Shown: positions 8,871 to 18,032 of the stretch, piece by piece
How the letters are laid out: every line of letters begins with the position of its first letter
Numbering within the stretch: position 1 is the stretch's first letter
Virus record (IMG/VR): IMGVR_UViG_3300037725_000018
Span: 124,001-188,000 of that record
Length of the DNA stretch: 64,000 bases
Direction: 5' to 3' (one strand)
Position numbers and translations under genes: made by a program
The notes under the pieces: generated by a model
What the model was told of the DNA's origin: nothing
The model's database searches: none
The model's input: only the letters and a program-made list of their open reading frames with translations

Positions 8871-9306
8871 TTCACACACAAGCAACATTTCGGACACAAT
8901 CTAAAGCGTATGTCGCCTATGCGTTGACCGAACTAATCCGGTTTTTTGACCGGGCACTGATAAACATTTGCCTAGTTCATCGCAGGCTAAAAAAAGTATC
9001 AGCGGGGCCACATACGAAGAGGCGAACGATGCCGAGCACGGCAACCGGGACTGTTTGACAAACAGTTTAAAGAAATCAAACAGGGTTGGTGGGAACGTTC
9101 GCCTCTTACGATCCGACGTAAGATCGTAAATTTTACGTCATACCATATGTCCGAAATAAAACAAGCCCAACTGGAAGCATAAGATCCGGGATCGATTCCG
9201 GTGAGAAGTTCCAGCGGCTAAAACGGCTTGACCGGAGAGTGTTCTAAAATCTCTTCCCGGTTAAGCATGGGGTTTGTATGTCCAAACCCGAATACTGGAG
9301 TGTGAA
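8871..9306 (+). ncRNA. Large structured non-coding RNA of unknown family (~435 nt)
   Basis: At least 10 complementary stem pairs including long-range ones and a pseudoknot; G-U pairs favour + strand; no credible CDS. Confidence 0.65.
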
Positions 9307-9319
9307 GGGAAGCAAAAAA

Positions 9320-9560
9320 AACTTTGAAGTGTTATTTGTAATGCTAGTAGTAATATTAATAGTAGTAGTAGTAGTGAAAGGTGTCTTTGAAGTTTTACTT
9401 TTAAACTAAACTAAAACTGAAAAAACTACACTTGATACTACTGAAAATAACACTTTGAAACCTTTTACAGCTTCACTTTTAAGTTACACTTCCTTTCTTA
9501 CTTTCTACCTATAAATAGAAGTAGAGGGTAAAACACTTTAAAATAGGTTTACGCACTTAA
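9320..9560. repeat. AT-rich low-complexity tract with (AGT)n and dispersed ACACTT repeats
   Basis: AGTAGTAGTAGTAGT; ACACTT near 9428, 9450, 9486, 9534; inverted AAGTGT near 9328. Confidence 0.6.
9509..9518 (+). promoter_or_regulatory. Class B promoter, T4-late-like CTATAAATAG
   Basis: Exact TATAAATA about 65 bp upstream of 9582. Confidence 0.6.
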
Positions 9561-9581
9561 AGCCTAAAACTTAACAAAACT

Positions 9582-9938
9582 ATGAAACTACAAGAAAGAA
9601 AACTTCGCTCGCTTATTAGAGAAATAACAAAAGACGTGTTGTTTGAAGACGAAAAAGACCTAAGTGACGTAGATGTAGAAGAAGGAAAAATGCACCGGGT
9701 TTTAGACATTCCAGAAGACGAAAATATATCTGACAACTACGATTCCGGTGAACAGCTTGCAAGAGACTTAGTAGACGCTGTAGGAGATGAACAAGAAGCT
9801 TCTGGAATGCTTGCATTTGCAGCAAATATTGATCCGGAAGACAACATTTTTGACGACGCTTTAGAAGCAATTGGAGAAATTGACTTTGAAGAGTCTTTGA
9901 AGTTAAAAAACAAGACTAGCTACAAAGACCTCTTTTAG
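9582..9938 (+). CDS. Acidic protein with candidate capsid-targeting propeptide
   Basis: MKLQERKLRSLIREITKDVLFE. Confidence 0.75.
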   Translation: MKLQERKLRSLIREITKDVLFEDEKDLSDVDVEEGKMHRVLDIPEDENISDNYDSGEQLARDLVDAVGDEQEASGMLAFAANIDPEDNIFDDALEAIGEIDFEESLKLKNKTSYKDLF

Positions 9939-10004
9939 TTAGCTAGCTACCATTTTTCTCATTATAACCAACAACAATAACCATCATAGTATTAAAAACA
10001 GGAT

Positions 10005-10301
10005 ATGAAATTTTCAGAACTAGTACAAGAGTTGGTAGTAAAAGAGCAAGAGAAAGGAGAACTAAAGGCCCTAGCAGGTCTTGACCCAAACGAAACGATG
10101 AACGTTGCCGCAGCAAGAGACGTTGGCCGGGAAGTAGCCCAAATGACCGATGAAGAGCGCCGCACTCGCTTTCTAAACATGATTAAAGCTCTTGGCGGGT
10201 ACTACACAGGAAGAAACAGAGAAACGCAGCTAAAGCTTACAGACCTTCGAACCGCCGCTCTTGAAGCGTACAACGAAGAAAGAGGCGAAATTGAAAATTA
10301 A
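10005..10301 (+). CDS. Hypothetical protein with candidate propeptide
   Basis: MKFSELVQELVVKE. Confidence 0.7.
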   Translation: MKFSELVQELVVKEQEKGELKALAGLDPNETMNVAAARDVGREVAQMTDEERRTRFLNMIKALGGYYTGRNRETQLKLTDLRTAALEAYNEERGEIEN

Positions 10302-10528
10302 CTATAGAAGTCAAGTTTAAACATTTCAGAAGCGCCCGTTTTCACATCAAATTTTCCATCATCTTCACCCTTAACATACTTTTTAAAGAGCGGCAATTCA
10401 TTATCTTCGGCAAATTGTCCATTGTAAATATCAACCAAAACTAAAGAATCACCCACGCGCAAGTTTTCGTAGGTGGAGCTAGAACAGAATTTTCGATAGT
10501 CTTTATGATTCTGAAAAACAATATTCAT
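10298..10528 (-). CDS. Micro-protein family (MNIVFQN)
   Basis: Family N-motif. Confidence 0.6.
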   Translation of the reverse strand: MNIVFQNHKDYRKFCSSSTYENLRVGDSLVLVDIYNGQFAEDNELPLFKKYVKGEDDGKFDVKTGASEMFKLDFYS

Positions 10529-10532
10529 TCGC

Positions 10533-10853
10533 TTAGAAACTGTTTGTTAAAAACTTCTTGTAGTGTTTGACTTTTAGCTTCTGTGGAAGCGACGTGTCTA
10601 TTCTTCTTGTCTTTAGGTCAACCGGGTCTTTTGAAATTGAAGATTCTTGGGAAGCAGACAAAACAAAGTCTTTTCTACTTTTGTGACCAAACGCCTTTTG
10701 AGCGCCCACATAAACAATGTAGTCTTTTGGCAATAGCGGAATAGAAGAGTTAGAAATCTTATACCGCTTCCCACCAACCTCAAATATAGAGTTGAATCTA
10801 CTTACGATTTTCTTTCCACACTCTTCAAAGTCTCTGGTAATTAGTATAACCAT
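10533..10853 (-). CDS. Micro-protein family (MVILITRDFE)
   Basis: Family N-motif. Confidence 0.6.
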   Translation of the reverse strand: MVILITRDFEECGKKIVSRFNSIFEVGGKRYKISNSSIPLLPKDYIVYVGAQKAFGHKSRKDFVLSASQESSISKDPVDLKTRRIDTSLPQKLKVKHYKKFLTNSF

Positions 10854-10874
10854 TTTTTAAGATTTCACTACCTG

Positions 10875-12068
10875 TTAATTTTCGTTTGACTCTACGCTCA
10901 TTCCACCGTCTTTTCCGACCTTGTACTTTCTTCCTTTCTTTTTGATTTGATCTTTGAGCGTGTCAATGTCTTCTTTGGTGATTTCGTTTCCACTTTCGTC
11001 GGCAACTTCTTCCACCTGCTCTTGAACCTCTTCGGAAAACTCTTCCATTTCCTCTTTAGAGGCTTTGTCTTCGCTTTCCTCCGGATCTTCTTTTGAAGAA
11101 GGGTGTTGGGTAGGGGTTGAACTTTCTTGCCTTTGAAAGCCTTCAAGAGCCTTCAAATGTCCACCGGAAGAATCTTCTGCCTTCGGAGAAGGGGAAATGA
11201 CAACTCTCTCTACGTCTGGCTTTTCTTCCCTTTCAACAGGAGTTGAAGGTTCATGGACGCTTTCCTCTTCATTTTCGCTGTGCCTTCCAGTCATAACGTT
11301 AAACGCAACGACAAGAGCAACGGCCATTGGGTCAAACACAAACATAATCATCCCAATGAAGATAAGAACGGCGTTGTCTCTTTCAATTCCGAAAAGACCT
11401 GCCGTTTGAATAACCGGGCCAAGTTTTGAGCGAACGTCAACGTTTTCTCCGGTTTTCAAGTCAAGCTTTCTTTGGTTGAACGCAGAAACTGAATCTGTAG
11501 CGACGGAAATTTTATTGTTGATTCGGTCGAGTTGATTTTGCGTATTTGCAATTTGATCTTGAAGGCGTTCAACTGCTTCTTTATCGGTCTTCCATCCCCG
11601 TTCGGCATACTTCTGGCTTGCAGTTTGAAGTTGGGTTCTAAGAGAACGCTTGTCCTCAAGAAGAGCCTTTCTTTCTTGGTCGTATCTGTCAAGCCGATTT
11701 TCATATAGAGCCTTCTTTTCTTCCACCGCTTCGATTCTTTGTTCATTTACAGAAAGAGAAGAAGCCACCTGCTTGTACGAGCTGCTTAGGAAACCATAAA
11801 TTCCGATGCTCGTGACAAGCATCATAATAACGGTGAAGAAAGAAAATACCGACGCAAGCACCCGGCGTTTAGACATAAAAAAGCTATACGCCACGCTTGC
11901 ACACACGAGCTTTCCAGCTTCTAAAACCGTTCCCATAATCTTTGTAGCAATCGGAGAACCACCGAAAAGCTTCGAAATCCCTATAACAGAAAAATACGCC
12001 GCAACCGCCGCAATTGCAAGTGCGACGATCCCGACGATAACTTTCCGAACCCAACTTGTGTTTTCCAT
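10875..12068 (-). CDS. Membrane protein: three N-terminal TM helices, long coiled coil, C-terminal TM, acidic tail
   Basis: AYFSVIGI, LEAGKL, TSIGIYGFLS, FVFDPMAV. Confidence 0.8.
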   Translation of the reverse strand: MENTSWVRKVIVGIVALAIAAVAAYFSVIGISKLFGGSPIATKIMGTVLEAGKLVCASVAYSFFMSKRRVLASVFSFFTVIMMLVTSIGIYGFLSSSYKQVASSLSVNEQRIEAVEEKKALYENRLDRYDQERKALLEDKRSLRTQLQTASQKYAERGWKTDKEAVERLQDQIANTQNQLDRINNKISVATDSVSAFNQRKLDLKTGENVDVRSKLGPVIQTAGLFGIERDNAVLIFIGMIMFVFDPMAVALVVAFNVMTGRHSENEEESVHEPSTPVEREEKPDVERVVISPSPKAEDSSGGHLKALEGFQRQESSTPTQHPSSKEDPEESEDKASKEEMEEFSEEVQEQVEEVADESGNEITKEDIDTLKDQIKKKGRKYKVGKDGGMSVESNEN

Positions 12069-12077
12069 GTCTTTAAT

Positions 12078-12272
12078 TTACTTTGTTCGTGAAAAGTCTT
12101 CTCGCTCCAAGCTTACTTTCTGATCAATTTGCTTAGATAGATTCAAGATTTGCCTAAAAATCTTTACGCAGTCTGTAGCAGAAAGAGATTGCTTCTTTAG
12201 GTTCTTTGCCGCGTTTCGTGCAAGCTCTTGAATGGAGTCGTTCTTTTGTGTTACGTCTGACTTGTATTTCAT
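12078..12272 (-). CDS. Hypothetical protein
   Basis: Co-oriented ATG ORF. Confidence 0.55.
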   Translation of the reverse strand: MKYKSDVTQKNDSIQELARNAAKNLKKQSLSATDCVKIFRQILNLSKQIDQKVSLEREDFSRTK

Positions 12273-12305
12273 TGGTATCTTCGTTTGTTTTGTAAATGAG
12301 TTCGT

Positions 12306-12965
12306 TTAAACAGATGTTCCGTCGAATTTATGCACTTTATATGTATCAACGCTTTCTTTATAACTTAGGTCAAGGGACGAAAGTTCTCCAAGGCAGAAAA
12401 ACCGTGTTCCCTTAACGTTTTTTGTTCTGTTGTGGTGCCAATGTCCAAAAATCCACATGTCCGGTTTGTGGGCTTCAAATAAAGCAGAAAGAAGTTGTCC
12501 GGTGCTTGTTTTAAAAATCTGTTTTGAAGGGAAAAGATTTTCTGTGGCCTCTGGTGGACCGTCGTGTGTTAAAACGACACGTGGACGAGCCTTTTTGTAA
12601 GCGACCAAAGCCTTTTTCATTTTCTTGTATCCAAGCTCTTCTTCTCTCCACCAGTCAACCCCTTCGGTCCTGTGTTTTCTGTCAATAGACCTTGCCCCCC
12701 GGACGAAAAAAACACTTTCATCCCAAGGAAGCGTCCCGTAGTCTCCAAGATGAAAGTCTGGAAGATTGTCGTAATCGTCATGGTTTCCCCCAAAAAACAC
12801 GTGACTGTTCGGGTCAAGACCTTCTTTTTTTACGAAGTGTCCCCTTCGGTTGTAATCTTTTGAAAAACCAAAGTCACCTACTTGAACAGACCGTTGAGAA
12901 CCTTGGATTTTTTTTATGTACCCCGGAACTTTGCCGTGGACATCTCCAACAATTCTTGTTTTCAT
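12306..12965 (-). CDS. Calcineurin-like metallophosphoesterase
   Basis: GDVHG, VGDFG, GNHD, THD, GHWH. Confidence 0.9.
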   Translation of the reverse strand: MKTRIVGDVHGKVPGYIKKIQGSQRSVQVGDFGFSKDYNRRGHFVKKEGLDPNSHVFFGGNHDDYDNLPDFHLGDYGTLPWDESVFFVRGARSIDRKHRTEGVDWWREEELGYKKMKKALVAYKKARPRVVLTHDGPPEATENLFPSKQIFKTSTGQLLSALFEAHKPDMWIFGHWHHNRTKNVKGTRFFCLGELSSLDLSYKESVDTYKVHKFDGTSV

Positions 12966-12986
12966 ATCAGTTTTACGTTAGAAGAA

Positions 12987-13484
12987 TTAAAAGCCCATAT
13001 CATCACCTTCTTCTTCGTCTTCCATTCCGATCACGTCAATGGGGTCTGACTCCAACTGTTCCCACTTGTGGTCTTGACGAAGAATCATAATGTGTACGTG
13101 CTCGCCTTTTTCCCCGTTTTCGTTTGTAACCTTCAAAGCATTTGGGTCAAAATAGTTTGAAAGGCCCGTCTTATTCATAAGCTTTCGGATATAGGTCAAA
13201 ACGTTTTCGGTTTTTTCAAACGTCTTGTCTGTAATTGTATACCGGATATACACGATGTCTTTTAAAGACGTGTACTTGGCACCGAAATACCGAACCATTA
13301 CATCTTTTACTCCCTTTTCAATTGCCTCTTTATGAAACTCGTCTCGAAAAGACTGAATTTCATCAATATACTCAGCCCGATCAATTTCAGTTTCGGCTTT
13401 TTTCTTTTGCCTGTCGTCTTTTACTTGACGCTGGATACTTTTTCGAATCCGGCGAAACTCTTTCTTTTTTTCTTCTGGTTTCAT
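12987..13484 (-). CDS. Hypothetical protein
   Basis: Co-oriented ORF overlapping next gene. Confidence 0.7.
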   Translation of the reverse strand: MKPEEKKKEFRRIRKSIQRQVKDDRQKKKAETEIDRAEYIDEIQSFRDEFHKEAIEKGVKDVMVRYFGAKYTSLKDIVYIRYTITDKTFEKTENVLTYIRKLMNKTGLSNYFDPNALKVTNENGEKGEHVHIMILRQDHKWEQLESDPIDVIGMEDEEEGDDMGF

Positions 13485-13747
13485 ACCTCTTTCTCTGTTT
13501 CTTTTTCGATATCGATGAATCGGTTTTGTGGTTTAAACCTTTTTAGATAGTCAATAAATTCTTCGTCTTTTACAACTCTGTCTGTCTTTGGTGGACTTGA
13601 AAACGGTGGTCCGTCTGGCCTGTTGGGGGATACCGGAGAGTTTCCACTTTCATCGCTACCTCCACCCCCATCGTCCCAATTAGATTGTAGGTATAGGTAG
13701 ATTACGAAAGCAAAAATTAGGCCAATGACAAAAGCTGAAAAGAGCAT
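13481..13747 (-). CDS. Small single-pass membrane protein
   Basis: N-terminal hydrophobic helix, Gly/Pro linker. Confidence 0.7.
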   Translation of the reverse strand: MLFSAFVIGLIFAFVIYLYLQSNWDDGGGGSDESGNSPVSPNRPDGPPFSSPPKTDRVVKDEEFIDYLKRFKPQNRFIDIEKETEKEV

Positions 13748-13772
13748 AGGACTTCAAAGTATGAATTAAAAG

Positions 13773-13847
13773 AGCCGTAGGCGGGACTCGAACCCGCGTA
13801 GACGGATTTGCAGTCCGTCACCTAAAACCAAACTCGGACACCACGGC
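13773..13847 (-). tRNA. tRNA-Cys(GCA)
   Basis: Acceptor GCCGTGG/CTACGGC, discriminator U, anticodon loop CT-GCA-AA, T-loop GGTTCGAGTCC. Confidence 0.93.
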
Positions 13848-13859
13848 CTTGCTACTCTA

Positions 13860-14333
13860 TTAGTTCATAACAGCCGAATATAGGTCGCTGTATTGCTCTG
13901 CCGCTCCAACAAGGGTTGCAAGTTCGGCATAGACGTTAAGAAATTCAACGAGTTGTTCTCGCTCTTCATCGGAAAATTGGTCTCCGTACGGGTCGTTTCC
14001 TTCAAACGGGGACTGGCCCATTGGAGAACCAATTCCTATAGGACCACTACCTCCAAGCATAGAACCAAGGCCAAAGTTGGTTTCACCGTTTTGAATGTTC
14101 TCTCGAATTTTAGCAAAACGGTCACGAACGTCTTCAAGGTTGTCACGAATCACGCGGTAAGAATCCTCTCGCGTCCCGGAGTTTTCCATCATAAGCATTT
14201 GTGCAGAACGGGAAGCCTCTTCATCGTCAAGAGATTTTGAAATTGCTTTTCGGACTTCATATCCCGGACTGGCTTTCAAGTTTACTCCTTCTGTGTTTAG
14301 TGCAATGTGTCGAATCAATCGATCTCTGTCCAT
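13860..14333 (-). CDS. Hypothetical protein
   Basis: Class A promoter (-35 at 14397-14401). Confidence 0.75.
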   Translation of the reverse strand: MDRDRLIRHIALNTEGVNLKASPGYEVRKAISKSLDDEEASRSAQMLMMENSGTREDSYRVIRDNLEDVRDRFAKIRENIQNGETNFGLGSMLGGSGPIGIGSPMGQSPFEGNDPYGDQFSDEEREQLVEFLNVYAELATLVGAAEQYSDLYSAVMN

Positions 14334-14404
14334 AATGACTTGTATTTTGTATTTAAGGGTAAAAGTGCAAGATAAAAACGGTCAGCTTTCGGTCTTGTTT
14401 CAAG

Positions 14405-14845
14405 CTACCTGTTTTGTCGTTCATAAATAATTAATGCTTTACAGTCAGATTCGCATTGTACGACGTGTTTTTGTCCCGGATCAATTGAAACTGAACCCAT
14501 AGACCCAACTGTTTTCGATTCGCCTTGTCCGGTAAGTTTCATTGAACCTTCTAAGATCAAGTAAAAAACACTTCGGTCTTCAATGTTTACCGTTTGTGGC
14601 TTCTTTTCTGAAATTTCATGATACCAACACTCGGTGTCTTCGTTTTTAAAAAGAAGCTTTCCGTTCCACGGAATCTTGTCCCCACAGCAAGGCGTCGGGT
14701 TTGAAGAGTTAATCTGTATACCTTTCAAATTTTCAAATATACCTTTTGCGTCACCGGGAACTTCTTTCATGATCTTTTTTTGAAGATCAACAATTTTTCC
14801 ATGTTCTTTGTTTAGATTGTCAATAAGTTCGTTAGAAGACTTCAT
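14405..14845 (-). CDS. Cupin-fold protein
   Basis: FYLILEGSMKL...SIDPGQKH; class B promoter near 14875. Confidence 0.65.
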   Translation of the reverse strand: MKSSNELIDNLNKEHGKIVDLQKKIMKEVPGDAKGIFENLKGIQINSSNPTPCCGDKIPWNGKLLFKNEDTECWYHEISEKKPQTVNIEDRSVFYLILEGSMKLTGQGESKTVGSMGSVSIDPGQKHVVQCESDCKALIIYERQNR

Positions 14846-14928
14846 TACATTGATTTGGCGTAGTTTATCTGTTTATATATAGACCCTTGCTGTACATACA
14901 AACGCAGACAAACCCGCCTGTCTTTTGA

Positions 14929-15900
14929 CTACAGACGGGTTTGAAAGCGATCTTTCATTTTTTCAACGTGCTTGTCCGGAACCCCGTGAGTCGTTTTTCC
15001 ACCGTGACGATTCTCTTTCACAATGCTGTGGACCCGGTACCCGTTTAGAGAAGCAACATGGTAGTAATAAATCATTTCCCATGTCCGGGTAAACGTGTTG
15101 TCCACAACAATCCGCTCTTTTCCGTCACGCATGGCGTTGAAGACTTGCGTTTGGCACCAAGCGTGTGCCTCGGAAAGACGGCTTTTATCGAAGTTGTAGT
15201 TTCCGTCTTCGTCGGTGAAAAAGTCGTCTGCGGAAACGCGAACGTCCGGATCGATAAGAGAAGAAAACGTCGTCTTTCCAGAGCCGGGAACCCCGCGAAC
15301 CAAAATCAAATCTCCGCGTTTCTTTCGGCTTTCAAACGTGTTTTCAATCTTAGAAAGAATCTTCTCTTCAAAATCCCGAAAGTCCTTTTCGGCTCTTTCT
15401 CTCCGGGCTTCGGTGGTCCGGTCCATATAACCAACCATGTCGTCAGCCTTCGTGAAAGCCTCAAGCATTTCCCAAGCGTTCATGTCAAATCCGGAGGCTT
15501 CCCGCTTCATCCGGTCAACCTTCGAATCAGACATGTCTTCGATGAACTTGATCTTCATGTGGTTTTTCACAATCCACCGAACCAAATCCCGGTTGATTCC
15601 TTCCGGAAACATAAACGGCATGTGGGAAACGTAATCTGCCGAAATGCTCGCGTGCCCGTAAGAAGTCCAATGTCCGTGTTTGGGGTGACGTTTGGTGCAA
15701 TCAATCTTTCCAACGTCGTGAAAGAGAATCGCCCAAATCATCACCTGAACTTCTTCGGCTTCAAACCCCCCACTGAAGTCCCGGATAAAACCATCCATCA
15801 CAAAAGCGGTGTGTCTCCACACGTTGCCTTCAGGGTGATAGTCTTCTCTTTGGGGAGTCTCCCGAAGCTGGTTGAAAATATCTTCAATAAAAGCCTTCAT
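14929..15900 (-). CDS. HD phosphohydrolase fused to P-loop polynucleotide kinase (Pnkp-like end healing)
   Basis: QREDYHPEGNVWRHT...FHDVGK (HD type found in CCA enzymes); RGVPGSGKTT, SADDFF, VVDNT, HGVP. Confidence 0.85.
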   Translation of the reverse strand: MKAFIEDIFNQLRETPQREDYHPEGNVWRHTAFVMDGFIRDFSGGFEAEEVQVMIWAILFHDVGKIDCTKRHPKHGHWTSYGHASISADYVSHMPFMFPEGINRDLVRWIVKNHMKIKFIEDMSDSKVDRMKREASGFDMNAWEMLEAFTKADDMVGYMDRTTEARRERAEKDFRDFEEKILSKIENTFESRKKRGDLILVRGVPGSGKTTFSSLIDPDVRVSADDFFTDEDGNYNFDKSRLSEAHAWCQTQVFNAMRDGKERIVVDNTFTRTWEMIYYYHVASLNGYRVHSIVKENRHGGKTTHGVPDKHVEKMKDRFQTRL

Positions 15901-15984
15901 TGGCTTTGTTCTCTTGAATTAAAAGTCCCCTGTTTGCTCGCTACTTCAAACCCAAAAACACAAGACGTGTTCCGACCGGGAGTT

Positions 15985-16275
15985 TTAAGATCCGGTAAGC
16001 TCTCTTGCGGCATTTCGAATCTTCGGATCTTGAATTTGAATGGTTGAATAGTCGTCAATCACGTCTTCAAGTTTTCCGCAGAGCTTTCGATAACAAAGAG
16101 CCGCCTGCTGTTCGGAAAGCCCCTGCGTTTCCACTCCGTGACTTAACATAACCCGGTCAATGGCGTCCTCGATTTCTTCTTCTAAATCTTCGACAAGCGC
16201 CTTTCTTGAACTTGAACTAAGTTCCTCTTTTATGAGGGTTTCTTTCATTTTCTTTTTAAGGTCAAATTTTTTCAT
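15985..16275 (-). CDS. Hypothetical protein with candidate propeptide
   Basis: MKKFDLKKKMKETLIKEE. Confidence 0.7.
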   Translation of the reverse strand: MKKFDLKKKMKETLIKEELSSSSRKALVEDLEEEIEDAIDRVMLSHGVETQGLSEQQAALCYRKLCGKLEDVIDDYSTIQIQDPKIRNAARELTGS

Positions 16276-16628
16276 GTTTGATTTTCGTTTTTTGTTGTTA
16301 AGTCTCTAATAACCTTGTTTCCTTTTATTAAAATGCTATATATTTCTTTAGGTTTAAGCGTTATCGTTTTCCGCTTTCCGCGCTTAATTTTAAGTCCGTC
16401 ATTTAAGGTCCCCTCCATCAGATGTGGATTGTTGTTTTCATTTTTAAAATCCACATATATTTGTCGAAGATCCCTGTATGGAATCGAAAACACTTGGTCA
16501 AGTTGAAGATTTCCGTTTCGATAGACGGAAATTTCAACAATCCCATTTCTTGTTTCTGGATTCATTCTTTGAAAATCTGCAACGACGGTTCTTCCATTGG
16601 CAATGACCTTTTGAGAGTCTTTTAGCAT
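16272..16628 (-). CDS. Hypothetical protein
   Basis: Class B promoter near 16698. Confidence 0.7.
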   Translation of the reverse strand: MLKDSQKVIANGRTVVADFQRMNPETRNGIVEISVYRNGNLQLDQVFSIPYRDLRQIYVDFKNENNNPHLMEGTLNDGLKIKRGKRKTITLKPKEIYSILIKGNKVIRDLTTKNENQT

Positions 16629-16721
16629 TTAGTAAGTATGTAAGTTGAGTGTGTTCTCACATAAGAGAAAATAACAGTTTTGATGTGAATTCACTCATAT
16701 ATATCGTTCAACTGCTTGTAC

Positions 16722-17879
16722 CTACTCGATGTTTATGCTTTTTAAGACCCGACCTAACTTTCTGTAGTTCATGTCCATCAAGCCTTCTGTAAAGCTTTCA
16801 ACGTTCCCGTCAAGGCGTTGAAAGAAAAGGCCGATGCACTCCTTTCGCTTGTAGTTTTGAACGCTTAAAGCAAACTCTTTGCGCTTCTCCGGGTCGCTAG
16901 GGTCAATGGAAGGGCCACCTGCCTTTTTGTAAGCCTCTTCCATTTCTTTTGCCAGAACCCGGATCTTCTTTTTAATTCGGTCAAATGTGTCTTTGTATTC
17001 TGGAAAGAAATCGATAAGATCATCCTCGTTTCCCAAAACGACCTGTTCGACAAACCCAAACTTCCGGTCCACAATGTTTGAACGGCTTCGGTGTGCAAAC
17101 ACGTAACGTTCAGACTTCACCTTAATTCGCTTGAAGTCTTTGTCAACGATTACAAATCCTTCGTCAAGACCGGAAATGCGCTCTTCCATTAACTGTTGAA
17201 CGTCTTCGGGACCCAAACTTTTGAATTCAGAGTTTGGAATCACGTTTGGAACGTCAAACGTGTCGCTGTAGTTTTCAACCCACTCTTCTTCTAAGGTTTT
17301 GCGGCTTCGAACGCCAATGAGAGTCACCCGGCTTTTGTCGTAAGACTTGACCACACGGTTAAAGGGCGTGCAAAGTTCAAAAACGTAGTTCTTGGACGTG
17401 TCAAGCGTTTCAAGAATTTCGGTTCCATAGACGTTTTCAAACGTTTTCCAAAAGAGGTCTGCAAACGTTTCAAACTCCATGTTTCCCGTGTACTCGTTTT
17501 CCCCCCCAACCGGACCTTCCCCAAACACAGTTCCAAGAGTGTGAGCTTTCCACTCCCCGTCGAAAAAGTAAATCGGGACGCACGTTCCATCCATCTTTTC
17601 GTAAAGCTTTGCAGAGTCCCAATCAATGTTTGCGGCCCGGTCCTTCTCCCCCAAATTGAAAAACTTGCGAAAAGGAAAAGACACAACCGACCAATCCCGA
17701 CGATCTAAGATAAGCCCCCGCGCCTCTTGGCAAATATTAAGAGACATATCCGAATCGATTTGACTGTACTTAAAGCCCACAAGCGGACCCTCGGTTTCAG
17801 ACACGGAAATGTTGTACGGGTCTTCCCGAAGGTCTTCAAGGGCTTTACCGGAACGTAAAAACTTTTGGATTTCAAGCAT
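16722..17879 (-). CDS. T4 Rnl1-like RNA ligase
   Basis: EARGLI, FRKFFN, EKMDGT adenylation motif, FELC, EGFV, KVKS. Confidence 0.9.
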   Translation of the reverse strand: MLEIQKFLRSGKALEDLREDPYNISVSETEGPLVGFKYSQIDSDMSLNICQEARGLILDRRDWSVVSFPFRKFFNLGEKDRAANIDWDSAKLYEKMDGTCVPIYFFDGEWKAHTLGTVFGEGPVGGENEYTGNMEFETFADLFWKTFENVYGTEILETLDTSKNYVFELCTPFNRVVKSYDKSRVTLIGVRSRKTLEEEWVENYSDTFDVPNVIPNSEFKSLGPEDVQQLMEERISGLDEGFVIVDKDFKRIKVKSERYVFAHRSRSNIVDRKFGFVEQVVLGNEDDLIDFFPEYKDTFDRIKKKIRVLAKEMEEAYKKAGGPSIDPSDPEKRKEFALSVQNYKRKECIGLFFQRLDGNVESFTEGLMDMNYRKLGRVLKSINIE

Positions 17880-17994
17880 TGGAAAAATGGTTGGTCTTGA
17901 TTTCTTCTCTTTTTGGTAGCAAAATAGAAAACGGGCAAAAGAAACGCTTGTTCCCTTGCCCGTTTTCGGTCAACCAATATGTTTTCAAAAAAGA

Positions 17995-18032
17995 AAGTTA
18001 CCGCCCTTCCAAGAAGTTACCGCCCTTCCAAG
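17995..18032. repeat. 19-bp perfect tandem duplication
   Basis: AAGTTACCGCCCTTCCAAG x2. Confidence 0.9.

Noticed and set aside
8645-9058. 137-aa + ORF and 72-aa - ORF (8567-8785)
   Set aside because: They overlap the structured RNAs, have atypical composition and show no protein motifs.
8871-9306. RNase P RNA or group I/II intron
   Set aside because: AAAACGGCTTG near 9220 faintly recalls the RNase P 3' motif, but there is no GAGGAAAGTCC partner, no intron core motifs and no flanking exons.
15058-16047. 329-aa + strand ORF
   Set aside because: Antisense shadow of the HD-kinase gene; no motifs.
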